The position numbers were made by a program, and so were the translations under genes. The notes below the pieces were generated by a model. That model saw only the letters and a program-made list of their open reading frames with translations. It made no database searches and was not told where the DNA came from. A DNA stretch of 64,000 nucleotides from Paramoeba atlantica (lineage: Eukaryota > Protista > Discosea): NCBI GenBank assembly GCA_977017575.1, contig CDRNVI010000040.1:682001-746000 (forward strand). The letters run 5' to 3'. The first letter of the stretch is position 1. Each line of letters opens with the position of its first letter. Positions 10,476 to 20,632 of this stretch are shown in pieces.

Positions 10476-11603
10476 ATGTCTACGAGTGACAGCGCATCCG
10501 ATTCAGATTCTCGAATTCGTGAACATCTTACAAATTCGGTCGAACAATTCACTTCATCGTTGCGTCTAACTCAGGACGGGGACACCTCCGAGTTGGATTC
10601 TCCAATACACTCACGAAGCAATTTTACCAAAGTGGATGTACGCAGTGAATCTGTGATTCTCAATTGGCATCGTGCTTCAGACAACGGTTCTACATTCCTG
10701 CTTTCCGGACCACCTCACTGGGATGCGTTGCCTCGTACCACGGCCATCATGAATCTCGGAAACAATAGTCTTTCCGGTAGCATAACCCTTCCCCATCTAT
10801 CCACCCTCACTCGACTGGACGTCTCCAACAACGAGTTCTCCGGAAGTGTTGATTTCTTCTCTTGCGCTCCAAACTTAAAGTATGCCAATCTCAGCCACAA
10901 CAAGTTTACTGGATTTCTCCCCGTCTCAAGCCTTCCAAACCAACTCATCACGTTAAACGTTTCGAACAACCGACTCAGTGGACCTCTGGACTTGAAGGCT
11001 TTGCCGCAAAACTTGGAGGAACTCGACGTCAGCAGTAACGCGTTTGAGGGAGAAGTCGCCTTGCATCGCCTTCCCTGTCGACTTACAACACTTTTACTGT
11101 TCTCCAATCGGCTCCGCGGATCTCTTAACCTTACGCAGCTCTCCCATCGATTCGTATTCAATGTGAAATCGGGTTGTTGTGTAGAATTATCCGGTAACTG
11201 CGCAACTAGCCTAGAGTCTCGCGACACAGAAAGCGCCACTATCCTGATTCCTCAATGTTTGAAAGTGTTTAATGCAAGCGACAACCGTTTTGAGGGTGTA
11301 GTAAACGTAGCAAATCTTCCATCCTCCCTGCGGGAACTCGATCTCAGTCAGAATCAACTCAGTGGGGAGCCATTGATGTCTTCAGCAGAGGCAACTCTCG
11401 TCAAGTTGGACCTCAGCCACAACAAATTCTACGGCGATGTCCGTTTGACGGCATACAGTGAGGAAACAGAGGTGAACGTCTCAAACAATTTCTTTTCTGG
11501 GTTTTTGATTCCGGCGCGCAAGATGCATGAGCGTACACAAATGCTCCCACAGAAACCCAACGAAGATCTATTGTTGGCTTTTGAGCGTAAGGTTATTGTT
11601 TAG
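10476..11603 (+). CDS. LRR protein (longer member, about 11 repeats)
   Basis: Repeats LTRLDVSNNEFSGSVD, LEELDVSSNAFEGEVALHRLP and LRELDLSQNQLSG; first ATG 10476 (the track start is TTG). Confidence 0.9.
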   Translation: MSTSDSASDSDSRIREHLTNSVEQFTSSLRLTQDGDTSELDSPIHSRSNFTKVDVRSESVILNWHRASDNGSTFLLSGPPHWDALPRTTAIMNLGNNSLSGSITLPHLSTLTRLDVSNNEFSGSVDFFSCAPNLKYANLSHNKFTGFLPVSSLPNQLITLNVSNNRLSGPLDLKALPQNLEELDVSSNAFEGEVALHRLPCRLTTLLLFSNRLRGSLNLTQLSHRFVFNVKSGCCVELSGNCATSLESRDTESATILIPQCLKVFNASDNRFEGVVNVANLPSSLRELDLSQNQLSGEPLMSSAEATLVKLDLSHNKFYGDVRLTAYSEETEVNVSNNFFSGFLIPARKMHERTQMLPQKPNEDLLLAFERKVIV

Positions 11604-12497
11604 CCACTGTTCAAAGGTTACTAGTTAAGAGGTAACAGATTTTTGTACGGAAAGATAGGTTAAGAAATGCCACAAAGTAGGCTTAAGATGTTGTAGCTTA
11701 TGGTTTTGGATTTTGTTGTTAGATTCTTAATGTTACTTTAAACAGACTTATAAACACTTTATTAGCAATAAACACAGTTTATTGAAAAATGATTTTTCCT
11801 TTGAAATTGGAGTCATTCATTTTGTTGTTCCATTCTTTAGTCCTTGCTATACTCTTTTAGTACAGATTCATAGTAGTAAACAGTACCTAGTTTTCTAAAC
11901 ACGAAGTCTTGTGCTGCACTTTCTCCGATTTTTGCAGCTACATGTTATTTTTTTCAGTTTCTTGTTTCATACTTTTTGGGCCTTCATGGTTTATTCAATT
12001 ATATTTTGTGTTTCTATCTGCTTTTCTTTTGCGTACTTACATTTTTCATTTACGTCGTGACCTTCCGAGAAATATTTTTCTTGAATATCTTGAAAAACAT
12101 TTGCATAGTTACGTAGCAAAATTAGTCCTTATAAAAAAGAACCTTTTCATTTCCTTAATTTCTCTGTTTATTCTAAAGAAATTCTTTATAATGAAATAAA
12201 TTCTTTCGAGATAATGAACTTGATTAAGAATTTGATATTTTTATTCTTTTGATATTTCTTCGTTTACTTCAAAAACAAGATTCTTGCTTTCATATGAAAA
12301 TGCACGACAATTACCTTCTTAAATCTTATCTGATGACGGATTTATTTGCGTATAATCTATTTATTAAATAGATAGATCAATTTATTAAGCAGAATATAAA
12401 ATATAAAATTTAAGGATAAAATCGTCAATTTTATATCCTTTATCCGTAAATAGTTATTTCCGTAACTACCTCCCCACCTGTAATTTAATAAGCCTTT

Positions 12498-13181
12498 ATG
12501 TTCCTCCCTTTTGTTGGGCCGGTTTTCTCGGCGGATGTTTCATCCTCTCGAAAACCTCAAAAATTCCGCCGCACCCTTCTCTCTCCCGAAGTAGCGCTTT
12601 CGTTATTCCTTCAACATGTGCAGAATCTACACTTCTCATGGAACGACACACAAACAGTGGATTCTTGGTTGGGCGTCTCTGTGGACCGTGCAGGCCTTGT
12701 TGATAGCATTTCATGGGGCTCTCAACGACTTAGTGGTAATGTGACGTGGTCCTGGCTCCCACAGAGCGTCGTCTTTCTACGCCTCCAATCCAATGCGTTG
12801 GGTCACGAGCTCACACCGCAGGAGCTTCCTCCGAATCTCCGTGATTTCTGGATCAATTCCAATATATTCTCCGGTTCTTTAGATTTAACTCAGTTCCCCT
12901 TGACAGTGGAAACTCTGTGTGCTGATACGAACCGACTGGAGGGAGAGATGGATCTGACACGCCTTCCTCCTGGCTTGCAGTGGTTGTGGTTATACAGAAA
13001 TCGCTTTTCAGGTGATATAAAAGTTGGCGCACTACCTGGTACGTTGAGCAATTTACAAATTCAATTCAATCATCTCACTGGAGAGCTTGACCTCAACAAA
13101 TTTCCTCCCTCCCTTGTCTACTTGAAAATCGCTGGGAATGGTCTTGAAATTAAAGGTTCTCACTTGGCCTACACAGTTTAA
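12498..13181 (+). CDS. LRR protein, same family
   Basis: Cap LHFSWNDTQTVDSWLGVSVD; repeats LQWLWLYRNRFSGDI and LRDFWINSNIFSGSLDLTQFP. Confidence 0.88.
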   Translation: MFLPFVGPVFSADVSSSRKPQKFRRTLLSPEVALSLFLQHVQNLHFSWNDTQTVDSWLGVSVDRAGLVDSISWGSQRLSGNVTWSWLPQSVVFLRLQSNALGHELTPQELPPNLRDFWINSNIFSGSLDLTQFPLTVETLCADTNRLEGEMDLTRLPPGLQWLWLYRNRFSGDIKVGALPGTLSNLQIQFNHLTGELDLNKFPPSLVYLKIAGNGLEIKGSHLAYTV

Positions 13182-13511
13182 TAAAACACAACGATGGGGG
13201 TACACTAGAGTTAAATTACACTGCCGCAAATATGCGCAACACAGAGTATTTTTTAACGGAATCTTCTTTTATAAAAAAGGATTACTGTATCCCCCTGTTT
13301 ATAACAGCCTCGACCCCTCCCCCCTTTATAAGTTCTTCTCTAATTCTTATGAAAGTATTTAAGCACTTTCAGCTCCGAATTCTTTTAAATTCGGACTGGG
13401 CGGAGGGTTTGGTGGAGGTTTAATTTTATTCTGAATCTTTTTCACGAAATACTTACCTTCTGACGTTTTGCTTCATATATTTATTATTATTTTGACAGTT
13501 TATGGCAAAAT

Positions 13512-13940
13512 ATGCAGAGACTGCGTCGCCTATTGCGAAACTATGGTACTCGCGGAAAATCGCACAAGATGGCTCTTGTAGTTCGCTCCGACTTAAAAAT
13601 GAGTCCCGGAAAAGTAGCATCTCAATGCTCTCATGCAGCAGTCACCGCGGTGCTTCAATGTTCCCATATTGATTCTGCAGGTATGACTCGCGAAGAATCT
13701 TTACTTGGCAAGCTGAACAACTGGCTTTCCGATGGCCAAAAAAAAGTCGTTCTCAGAGTTAAAGATAGGGACGAACTGCTAGAGCTTACGCAGTCTGCCA
13801 AGGCATATGGAGTCAACTATTCTCTTATCCAGGACGCAGGTCACACGGAACTTCCCGCAGGTTCTGAAACAGTTCTTTGTATTGGTCCGGCTTCTCAAGT
13901 GGAGGTGGATGCTATCACAGGATCATTAAAACTACTTTAA
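13512..13940 (+). CDS. PTH2: Peptidyl-tRNA hydrolase 2
   Basis: KMALVVRSDLKMSPGKVASQCSHAA, GQKKVVLRV, IQDAGHTE, TVLCIGP and C-terminal ITGSLKLL. Confidence 0.93.
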   Translation: MQRLRRLLRNYGTRGKSHKMALVVRSDLKMSPGKVASQCSHAAVTAVLQCSHIDSAGMTREESLLGKLNNWLSDGQKKVVLRVKDRDELLELTQSAKAYGVNYSLIQDAGHTELPAGSETVLCIGPASQVEVDAITGSLKLL

Positions 13941-14522
13941 ACTACATCTGATGCACGCATTTATCTATTCCACTTTTGATACCTTCTGGCCTTGTATAGT
14001 ATTTTGTGTAGTGGTGAAAGCATCACCAGTGCATGCACTCCGATTTGAACTTCTCTTGACTCGTCTTAAATTAAGACGAGATCTCTAAGATCGCTTACTG
14101 AGTAAGTGAGTAATACCCAAGGATGCGATAGCCTCGACAATATTCAGCTCGACAATATTCCAATTCTTATAGTGCAACCTAATACACTATTAGTCCAATA
14201 CGACCTGAGTTCTCCAAGAGGGTTGGTTTTCTTCGGCGCGGATTTTCTGGTCGGCGGATTGATTTTCTAATCTCGTCTTAATGGAACAATGCCTTATGGT
14301 CAACTTTTTCCTGCTTTGAAACTTTTTTCTCTTCTTTGAAACGGGAGGGGGGGGGGGGCAATAATACAGGTATTAAGACGCAAATCACGTTGTTTGGTGT
14401 ATTTTTGACGCTTCTTTTTCATGTCATGAGTACCAAAGAGAGGCTAAGTCTTACCGTCGTATTCCATTGAAAGATTTTTAGAGTTGTATCTCACGTTAGT
14501 TTTTGAGTTCCTCCTTTCTCTA

Positions 14523-15338
14523 ATGCTTTCTGGGTCGCGTTGTTGCGACTCTTTAGCTCCACCGAAGAAACAACGTAAGCTTGGGAAGGCTGTGGCTACG
14601 CTTATTCCACAAGAAATCCGACTACTCTCTCTTATCTCGGATGAGGACTACATTCATCCGACATGGAAAACAGAAATTTCCGCATGCGAGTGGGATGGCG
14701 TGAAATGTAATTCCAAGGGAGAAGTAACAAGTATTCGGCTCACCTGCCTTCGCTTTTCTGACTCTACTGGGAATATTCCTTATCCGATTCGCGGTGCTTC
14801 TCGATGCGATAAACACGTGGAAATTGTCTTGGGGAACCTTCTTCCCACATTAAAGCATTGTTTTCTCTCCGATAATCAATTTAGGTCGAGTGTTCCTTGG
14901 ATAAACCTTCCAGACTCACTCGAACGGTTAGACCTGAGCTCTAACTTCTTTTACGGTGCAGTCGATCTCACTCAACTCCCTTCTCATTTGTGGCTTTTAA
15001 ATGCTCGTAAAAATAAGTTTGATGGAAGCATTGACCTCTCCCAACTTCCTGCCTCGCTTTCCTTTCTCAACCTATCGGAGAATTCGCTATCTGGAACAGT
15101 TTTGTTTACGCAGCTTTCTGAATCTCTAGAACAGTTGTATCTTGAGGGAAACAAATTCGAGGGTAAACTGGATTTCTCTCCAATTCCTGACAGTCTACGA
15201 GTTCTTTATCTTCATGGGAACAATTTTTTGAGTAAGGTGGACTACGATAGCATTCCTCTTTCACTTAGTTCTCTTACTCTGTGTAAAAATGCTGGGTGTA
15301 TTCCTAAGAATCTGAAAAACATTGTGAATCTTCAGTAG
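14523..15338 (+). CDS. LRR protein, same family, with PPKKQRKL motif
   Basis: Cap IHPTWKTEISACEWDGVKCN; repeats LERLDLSSNFFYGAVDLTQLP; first ATG 14523 (upstream in-frame TTG at 14484). Confidence 0.88.
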   Translation: MLSGSRCCDSLAPPKKQRKLGKAVATLIPQEIRLLSLISDEDYIHPTWKTEISACEWDGVKCNSKGEVTSIRLTCLRFSDSTGNIPYPIRGASRCDKHVEIVLGNLLPTLKHCFLSDNQFRSSVPWINLPDSLERLDLSSNFFYGAVDLTQLPSHLWLLNARKNKFDGSIDLSQLPASLSFLNLSENSLSGTVLFTQLSESLEQLYLEGNKFEGKLDFSPIPDSLRVLYLHGNNFLSKVDYDSIPLSLSSLTLCKNAGCIPKNLKNIVNLQ

Positions 15339-15456
15339 TCCCCCTCTGTATTTGTGAATCTTCAAACCCCCCTAGGTTTGAAAAATAAGTCGTGTGAAAA
15401 ATAAGGGGGGTTCCTTTTTGATGCAGGGGGGATTAAATTTATATTCAATAGTACTA

Positions 15457-16429
15457 AACCACCGTCCGGGTTATTATACCTAGGGACACCTATTGTACCT
15501 CCTAGGTATAATAAGTGTCCCTAGGGTCCTTATTATACCTAGGGACACCTATTGTACCTCCTAGGTATAATAAGTGTCCCTAGGGTCCTTATTATACCTC
15601 CCCCCCCCCTACCTTCAGAGGCGGGTGCAGAACTTACAGGACAGTAAACTTTGATGTGGGAGGGGACTAAAATTTGTAAAACTTGGCCCATTTTGGAAAG
15701 TATCGCATTCGAGAGCACTCGAACAGGGCTCATGAACGTGCAGGCACGTAATCTGCGTTTGGATTTTCGAATGCACATAGATCACATTGTTTTTTGGTAG
15801 ACAAAATCTTGCATTTTATACAATTTTTCTGATCCCCCCCCTGATTTATGCCACAAAGACGGGATTACGGACGATCGCCCAAACATAAACACTCCGAAAG
15901 GGTTAATTCATCTCCTGGACACGTAAAAGCATGCTGGTGCATGCTCTTTGTTGTCGCAGCAATCTTTTCCACTCACTGCGCGTAAATTTCAATGTTGCGT
16001 TTGATGAGGGAAACTTACCAAGAAATCAGATTGACATTGGATGTACTGCAGAAGTGTATGGTTTTGTCTGCCACCATCTGTCACCGTCTGCCACTATCTG
16101 TTTGCATTACATCCATTGTCAAGAATTTTGATCAGTTGGGGTATAGTAACCACGAGAATACATGTATTCGTGGCATTTCATATTCTTTTACCCCTGACCC
16201 CCCAGAAAACAATCTTACCCCCCCACTCGCACACGTTTCCCCAGGCGCGAGAGGGAAACTTACAAATGGATCATAACTTGTTGTGGGCAATGTGAAGAAG
16301 AACGCGCCGCGAAGCGGCGCGAAATTTTTTTTATCCTTTTTGCAAAGCAAAGTTATTATACCTAGGGACACTTATTATACCTAGGGACACTTATTATACC
16401 TCCTAGGTATAATAACCCGGACGGTGGTT
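15457..16429. mobile_element. 973-bp non-autonomous TIR element (MITE) with palindromic subterminal repeats
   Basis: TA|AACCACCGTCCGGGTTATTATACCTAGG ... CCTAGGTATAATAACCCGGACGGTGGTT|TA; two 63-bp tandem units on the left; repeated TTATTATACCTAGGGACAC on the right. Confidence 0.8.
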
Positions 16430-16788
16430 TACTATTATGAGTGTTCAATGCAAGATGGGATTCCATGAAGCACGAGGTTTCGGGCACATGGAACACTGTT
16501 GCCCTTAATCTTTACTTTTATGCAACTAATATTCAACGCATATTCTTGTAAATTATTGTAAGTTTCATTACTCTTCAAGGATAATACATGTCGGTTTTAA
16601 ATTGTAGCAAAAACTACCCCATAAAAACAGCCTGACTTATACTTTTTAGAAACAAAATGTAAAATCAATTTTTGGTTGATCTTTTCACTAGATGCTAACT
16701 ACGAAAACATACTATGCTATCTTTGTGGCAGGAATTTTAGACAGTTTCTGGTTTTCGGATACGAGCGCTACAGTCTTTGTAACTCGGT

Positions 16789-18759
16789 ATGCCAGTTAGT
16801 GAATGCGTCCCTAAAATCAGATCTTGCTCTTCATTTTGTCCCCTTGGTACCGTTTCACGTAATATGGCACTCCAATCATGGGATAGAGTCATCCGGGAAC
16901 ACGAGGCAAATCTTCGCATGCCCATAAAAAAATCTTTTTTGGATTGCTCGTCGCTGATTTGCAAGCAATTTGATTTGGAAAAATTACCAACACTTCGGCC
17001 TGCATCTATTTCTTCTCCTTCCGCGTCGATCAACTTTTATTCAATTATTCAGCATGACTTATGTGGGAATTCTACAGGACGATACGATATCAAAGATCAC
17101 AAGTATTGTGAAATATACCCTGAGCTTAAAATTGTTCAGTGTAATCGCACATTTTGGCAACTATCAAAATTTCCGCGTGCCAGTTCTAGGCAACAAACGT
17201 GCTTTACACGCTCGTTCTTTCGTGCAAATAAACCTTACCGCTTGGAACAACTCCCGGTTCCTTGGCGTACGGGTGTTCATGCTGCCCGTTTTCCAGCATT
17301 GCACAAGGTTTCTATATTCGCTTTTCATGAATATGCACACAAGTTTGATAGACATTATTCTAGAGGAAAAATAAATCCCGGCTACATGTTTCCAAAAATT
17401 ATATTATTTTCTTCTCCAGCACCCTCTTTCCAACCCTCACGTTATCGTACTGTGGCTAGTCTTACGACGCTTCCAATAGTCAATGGCTCAACATTTTTCA
17501 TGGCTGATATTTTGTGTTCTGCAGTCACCTTTTTTCATTTACGAAATTTGAGGTGCTTTCTACCGCTCGCTGCAAGAAGAATCTCCTGTACCACTACAGA
17601 TATTTTATCCAAAGGTCAAAGGTTCTTAAAGCTTTGGTTAATGAGGGCCTTACATTTTGCGGCTTCCGCACTCTGTTTTCTTTATACCATTTCGTACGCA
17701 TGTCTGCAAAACTTTCACTCTCAGTTACTTTTGAGATTCAGAAGGTTATTAGCGAACATGAGTGTTTTTCTCTATTTTTCAATTTCTGCTGCTGTGGCCT
17801 TTCTCTTGCCAGGAAGCACGAAACAACGTGTGGAATCAGTGACACATTTTTCTGTCCGTTACGCTGATTTTGTAACCCATTCCATCATACGTACCAAACT
17901 CTCTTCCAATGCTACGTTCTACGAAAGTCGAAAACAGAGGGAGACTTCATTATTATCAATACCTTCATCCTTAGACGGGCGAAATCAGTTTTCTGTTCCT
18001 CACGATTTGCTTTCTATGGAACCCGAATTATGTGCGGAAACTGAAGCAGTGGGCCCTAACGTCCAATCTAGCAAGCAGGTGCGCGAACTCTTACTCTCTG
18101 CGAAAGCACACCAGGGTCATCTTTCACGGACAGGCTTCAATCTTTTTTTACGCAGAACTTATCCTATATTCTCAGCTGTTTTGGAACCTTCTTCCTCAAA
18201 GTTTATTCGATCGCGAAACACATACCAATCCTTGCCTGACGATGTGAAACAAGAATACTCCACTAGAGTTCAGATGCATCGCAAGAGATATCAACAAGCA
18301 AAACGGACTCATCTACCGGGGATCAGTCCCAAAGACTTGGTTGCACTTAAGTACGTCCGGATCTCCTCTTTTGCACTTTTTATGAACGCTTTTCGGAAAG
18401 CAATAAATAGAAAAGATAAGCATTCGAAAATATCCTCCACAATCACTCGACTACCTATTGTGACGCAAGAGTGGAGATGTCATGATAGACACGAGCGACG
18501 ACCTTACGAACAAAAAGTACAAAAGTTACGTCAGAAAGCCCAAGCAAAAGTAAACGGAATTATGCGACGCCTGCGCCTCACAAAATATCGCAAAGGAAAA
18601 CGCACAAAGGAAACGCTTCGCCCCTCCACTAAAACATATGCCATCTTATCTTCAAAAAGGGTTTCCAGGCTTTCTCACAACACTAAATCAATGAAAATAT
18701 TCAAACGTATTGGGACATTATCTCAGTGCGCGTTCTGTAATATTTTTTTTCTTGATTAA
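16789..18759 (+). CDS. Hypothetical protein with two C-terminal HMG-box-like domains; true start uncertain
   Basis: TGFNLFLRR...YQSLPDDVKQEYSTRVQMHRKRYQ and SSFALFMN...VTQEWRCHDRHERRPYEQKVQKLRQK; basic tail. Confidence 0.55.
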   Translation: MPVSECVPKIRSCSSFCPLGTVSRNMALQSWDRVIREHEANLRMPIKKSFLDCSSLICKQFDLEKLPTLRPASISSPSASINFYSIIQHDLCGNSTGRYDIKDHKYCEIYPELKIVQCNRTFWQLSKFPRASSRQQTCFTRSFFRANKPYRLEQLPVPWRTGVHAARFPALHKVSIFAFHEYAHKFDRHYSRGKINPGYMFPKIILFSSPAPSFQPSRYRTVASLTTLPIVNGSTFFMADILCSAVTFFHLRNLRCFLPLAARRISCTTTDILSKGQRFLKLWLMRALHFAASALCFLYTISYACLQNFHSQLLLRFRRLLANMSVFLYFSISAAVAFLLPGSTKQRVESVTHFSVRYADFVTHSIIRTKLSSNATFYESRKQRETSLLSIPSSLDGRNQFSVPHDLLSMEPELCAETEAVGPNVQSSKQVRELLLSAKAHQGHLSRTGFNLFLRRTYPIFSAVLEPSSSKFIRSRNTYQSLPDDVKQEYSTRVQMHRKRYQQAKRTHLPGISPKDLVALKYVRISSFALFMNAFRKAINRKDKHSKISSTITRLPIVTQEWRCHDRHERRPYEQKVQKLRQKAQAKVNGIMRRLRLTKYRKGKRTKETLRPSTKTYAILSSKRVSRLSHNTKSMKIFKRIGTLSQCAFCNIFFLD

Positions 18760-18849
18760 TTTTTCGTCTAAAATAGTTTATCTGAAATACTTCTCTTGCC
18801 ATTCCTCACTTAGCCATTTTTCATTTCCTTTTGTCTTTTCCAGTCACCC

Positions 18850-20244
18850 ATGCCCCGCAAAAGAACTTCCACAAAAACCAACACCCACTCTGCTCAACGC
18901 CTATCCAACCTGCACGCAAACTCTACCCAAGCGATGACTACCCCACCCCTGCCCCACCCTCCTACCTGCTCCCGTGCTTCACGTCCTCTTGTCACGTCCT
19001 CACCCAACCGCCACCCTGACAATACCACTTCTCCTTCTTCCCTCCCCCAATGCTCTCTCCCCCACACCTCTACCCCTACCCGTACTAACACATCCACTCC
19101 TACCCCTAATATCACCTCTACCAATACCGGTACCAACACCTCTACCCCCTTTTCCATCACTATCAACCCCGTTACCCCTTCAGCTACCTGTACTCGTACC
19201 AACACACCTACCACTGACCGTACGAACACGTCGACCACTACCCCGACCCCTACCACCACGTCTCCCACTACAACTGCCCCTACTAACACTGCTACCCCTT
19301 CAGCTACCACTACTCCTATCAACCCCTCTACTACTACTCTTACCAACACATCTACCCCTACCTCTACCAACCCCTCTACCACTACTCCTACCCACACATC
19401 TACCCCTACCTCTACCAACCCCTCTACCACTACTCTTACCAACACATCTACCCCTACCTCTACCAACCCCTCTACCACTACTCTTACCAACACATCTACC
19501 CCTACCTCTACCAACCCCTCTACCACTACTCTTACCAACACATCTACCCCTACCAACCCCTCTACCACTACGCGTACCCACACATCTACCCCTACCAACC
19601 CCTCTACCACTACTCGTACCCACACATCTACCACAACGCGTACCCACACCTCTACCCCTACCCACCCCTCTACCCCTACCCCTACCCACCCCTCTACCCC
19701 TACGCGTACCTCTACCCCCCCTCCCCCTGCCCTCCCCCCCAACCCCACCACCCGTCACGCCACCCTCCTCCTGCTCTCCCAGCTCCGTGACCTCCAGCGC
19801 CACCCCCTCCCCGGCCTCTCCGCCGGTCTCCGGGACGACGCCAACCCCTTCCTGTGGGACGTCCTGCTCGTCGGCCCCCACGACACCCCCCACGACGGGG
19901 GCCTGTTCCGTGCCACGCTGTCCTTCCCCCGGACCTACCCGAACGCCCCCCCGACCATGGTCTTCCTCACCCCCATGTGGCACCCCAACATCTACCCCAG
20001 CGGGGAGGTCTGCGTGAGTATCCTCCACAGCCCGGGGGAGGGGGCGTTCGGGTACGAGAGCGCCAAGGAGCGCTGGTCCCCGGTCCACACCGTCGGGAGC
20101 ATACTGCTCAGTGTGCTGTCGATGCTGGATGCGCCGAACGGGGAGAGCCCGGCGAATGTGGAGGCCGCGAGGCAGTGGAGGGAGGACCGGAGGGGGTATG
20201 AGAGGAAGGTGAGGCAGCTCGCGCGGAGGTCGGTGGAGGAGTGA
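18850..20244 (+). CDS. Ubiquitin-conjugating enzyme E2, UBE2G/Ubc7 class, with ~290-aa Thr/Pro/Ser-rich N-terminal extension
   Basis: [20 protein letters not shown] (catalytic Cys), acidic-loop insert [22 protein letters not shown]. Confidence 0.9.
   Translation: MPRKRTSTKTNTHSAQRLSNLHANSTQAMTTPPLPHPPTCSRASRPLVTSSPNRHPDNTTSPSSLPQCSLPHTSTPTRTNTSTPTPNITSTNTGTNTSTPFSITINPVTPSATCTRTNTPTTDRTNTSTTTPTPTTTSPTTTAPTNTATPSATTTPINPSTTTLTNTSTPTSTNPSTTTPTHTSTPTSTNPSTTTLTNTSTPTSTNPSTTTLTNTSTPTSTNPSTTTLTNTSTPTNPSTTTRTHTSTPTNPSTTTRTHTSTTTRTHTSTPTHPSTPTPTHPSTPTRTSTPPPPALPPNPTTRHATLLLLSQLRDLQRHPLPGLSAGLRDDANPFLWDVLLVGPHDTPHDGGLFRATLSFPRTYPNAPPTMVFLTPMWHPNIYPSGEVCVSILHSPGEGAFGYESAKERWSPVHTVGSILLSVLSMLDAPNGESPANVEAARQWREDRRGYERKVRQLARRSVEE
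19321..19630 (+). repeat. In-frame 48-bp tandem repeat ([16 protein letters not shown]) decaying to 42-bp units
   Basis: AACCCCTCTA recurs at 19321, 19369, 19417, 19465 and 19513, then at 19555 and 19597. Confidence 0.95.
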
Positions 20245-20632
20245 GGGTTGGGGGGTAGTGAAAGGGGGTGGATGAAGGGGTTGATTTTCGGGTAATGCAT
20301 TGGTGAGTTACACATTTACTACATTTGTGAGTGTACGGGAATAAGGTTACGGGAATATGGAACTTGCATCGTTTCATTTTTATTCGCTTGATTGATTTTC
20401 CTTTGAAACTCTAATCATTAATATTTTGCGTCTGCATTCGGCTTAAACAACACATTTTAATGTTTTTTTCTACTTTTAGGCTTTTGGCAACATGACAATA
20501 TTTGTTCGATAGTTTTATAACTCCATACCTTCGACTTTTTAAAGTAATGATTCCTCTGGATATAGAAACTGTTTTTTCCCTCCTTAGAAACTATTTACGC
20601 GCTGTAGAGCTCATGACTGATTTTTACTGAAA

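Noticed and set aside
12330-12450. Hammerhead-like CTGATGA followed by a CGGAT/ATCCG stem
   Set aside because: The stem is followed by TAAA rather than GAAA, and stems I and III were not found.
14060-14282. CTCGTCTTAA-A-TTAAGACGAG palindrome and a 13-bp inverted partner near 14270
   Set aside because: Too short, with no clear TSD or second copy, to call an element.
15463-15600. CRISPR-like short palindromic repeats
   Set aside because: No unique spacers (the 63-bp units are identical), no cas genes, and the array is bounded by TIRs in a eukaryotic context.
18894-20088. Long Val/Gly-, Leu/Pro- and Arg/Gly-rich ORFs overlapping the E2 gene
   Set aside because: Shadow frames of a G-poor tandem repeat that lacks stops; only the + frame contains a recognisable domain.
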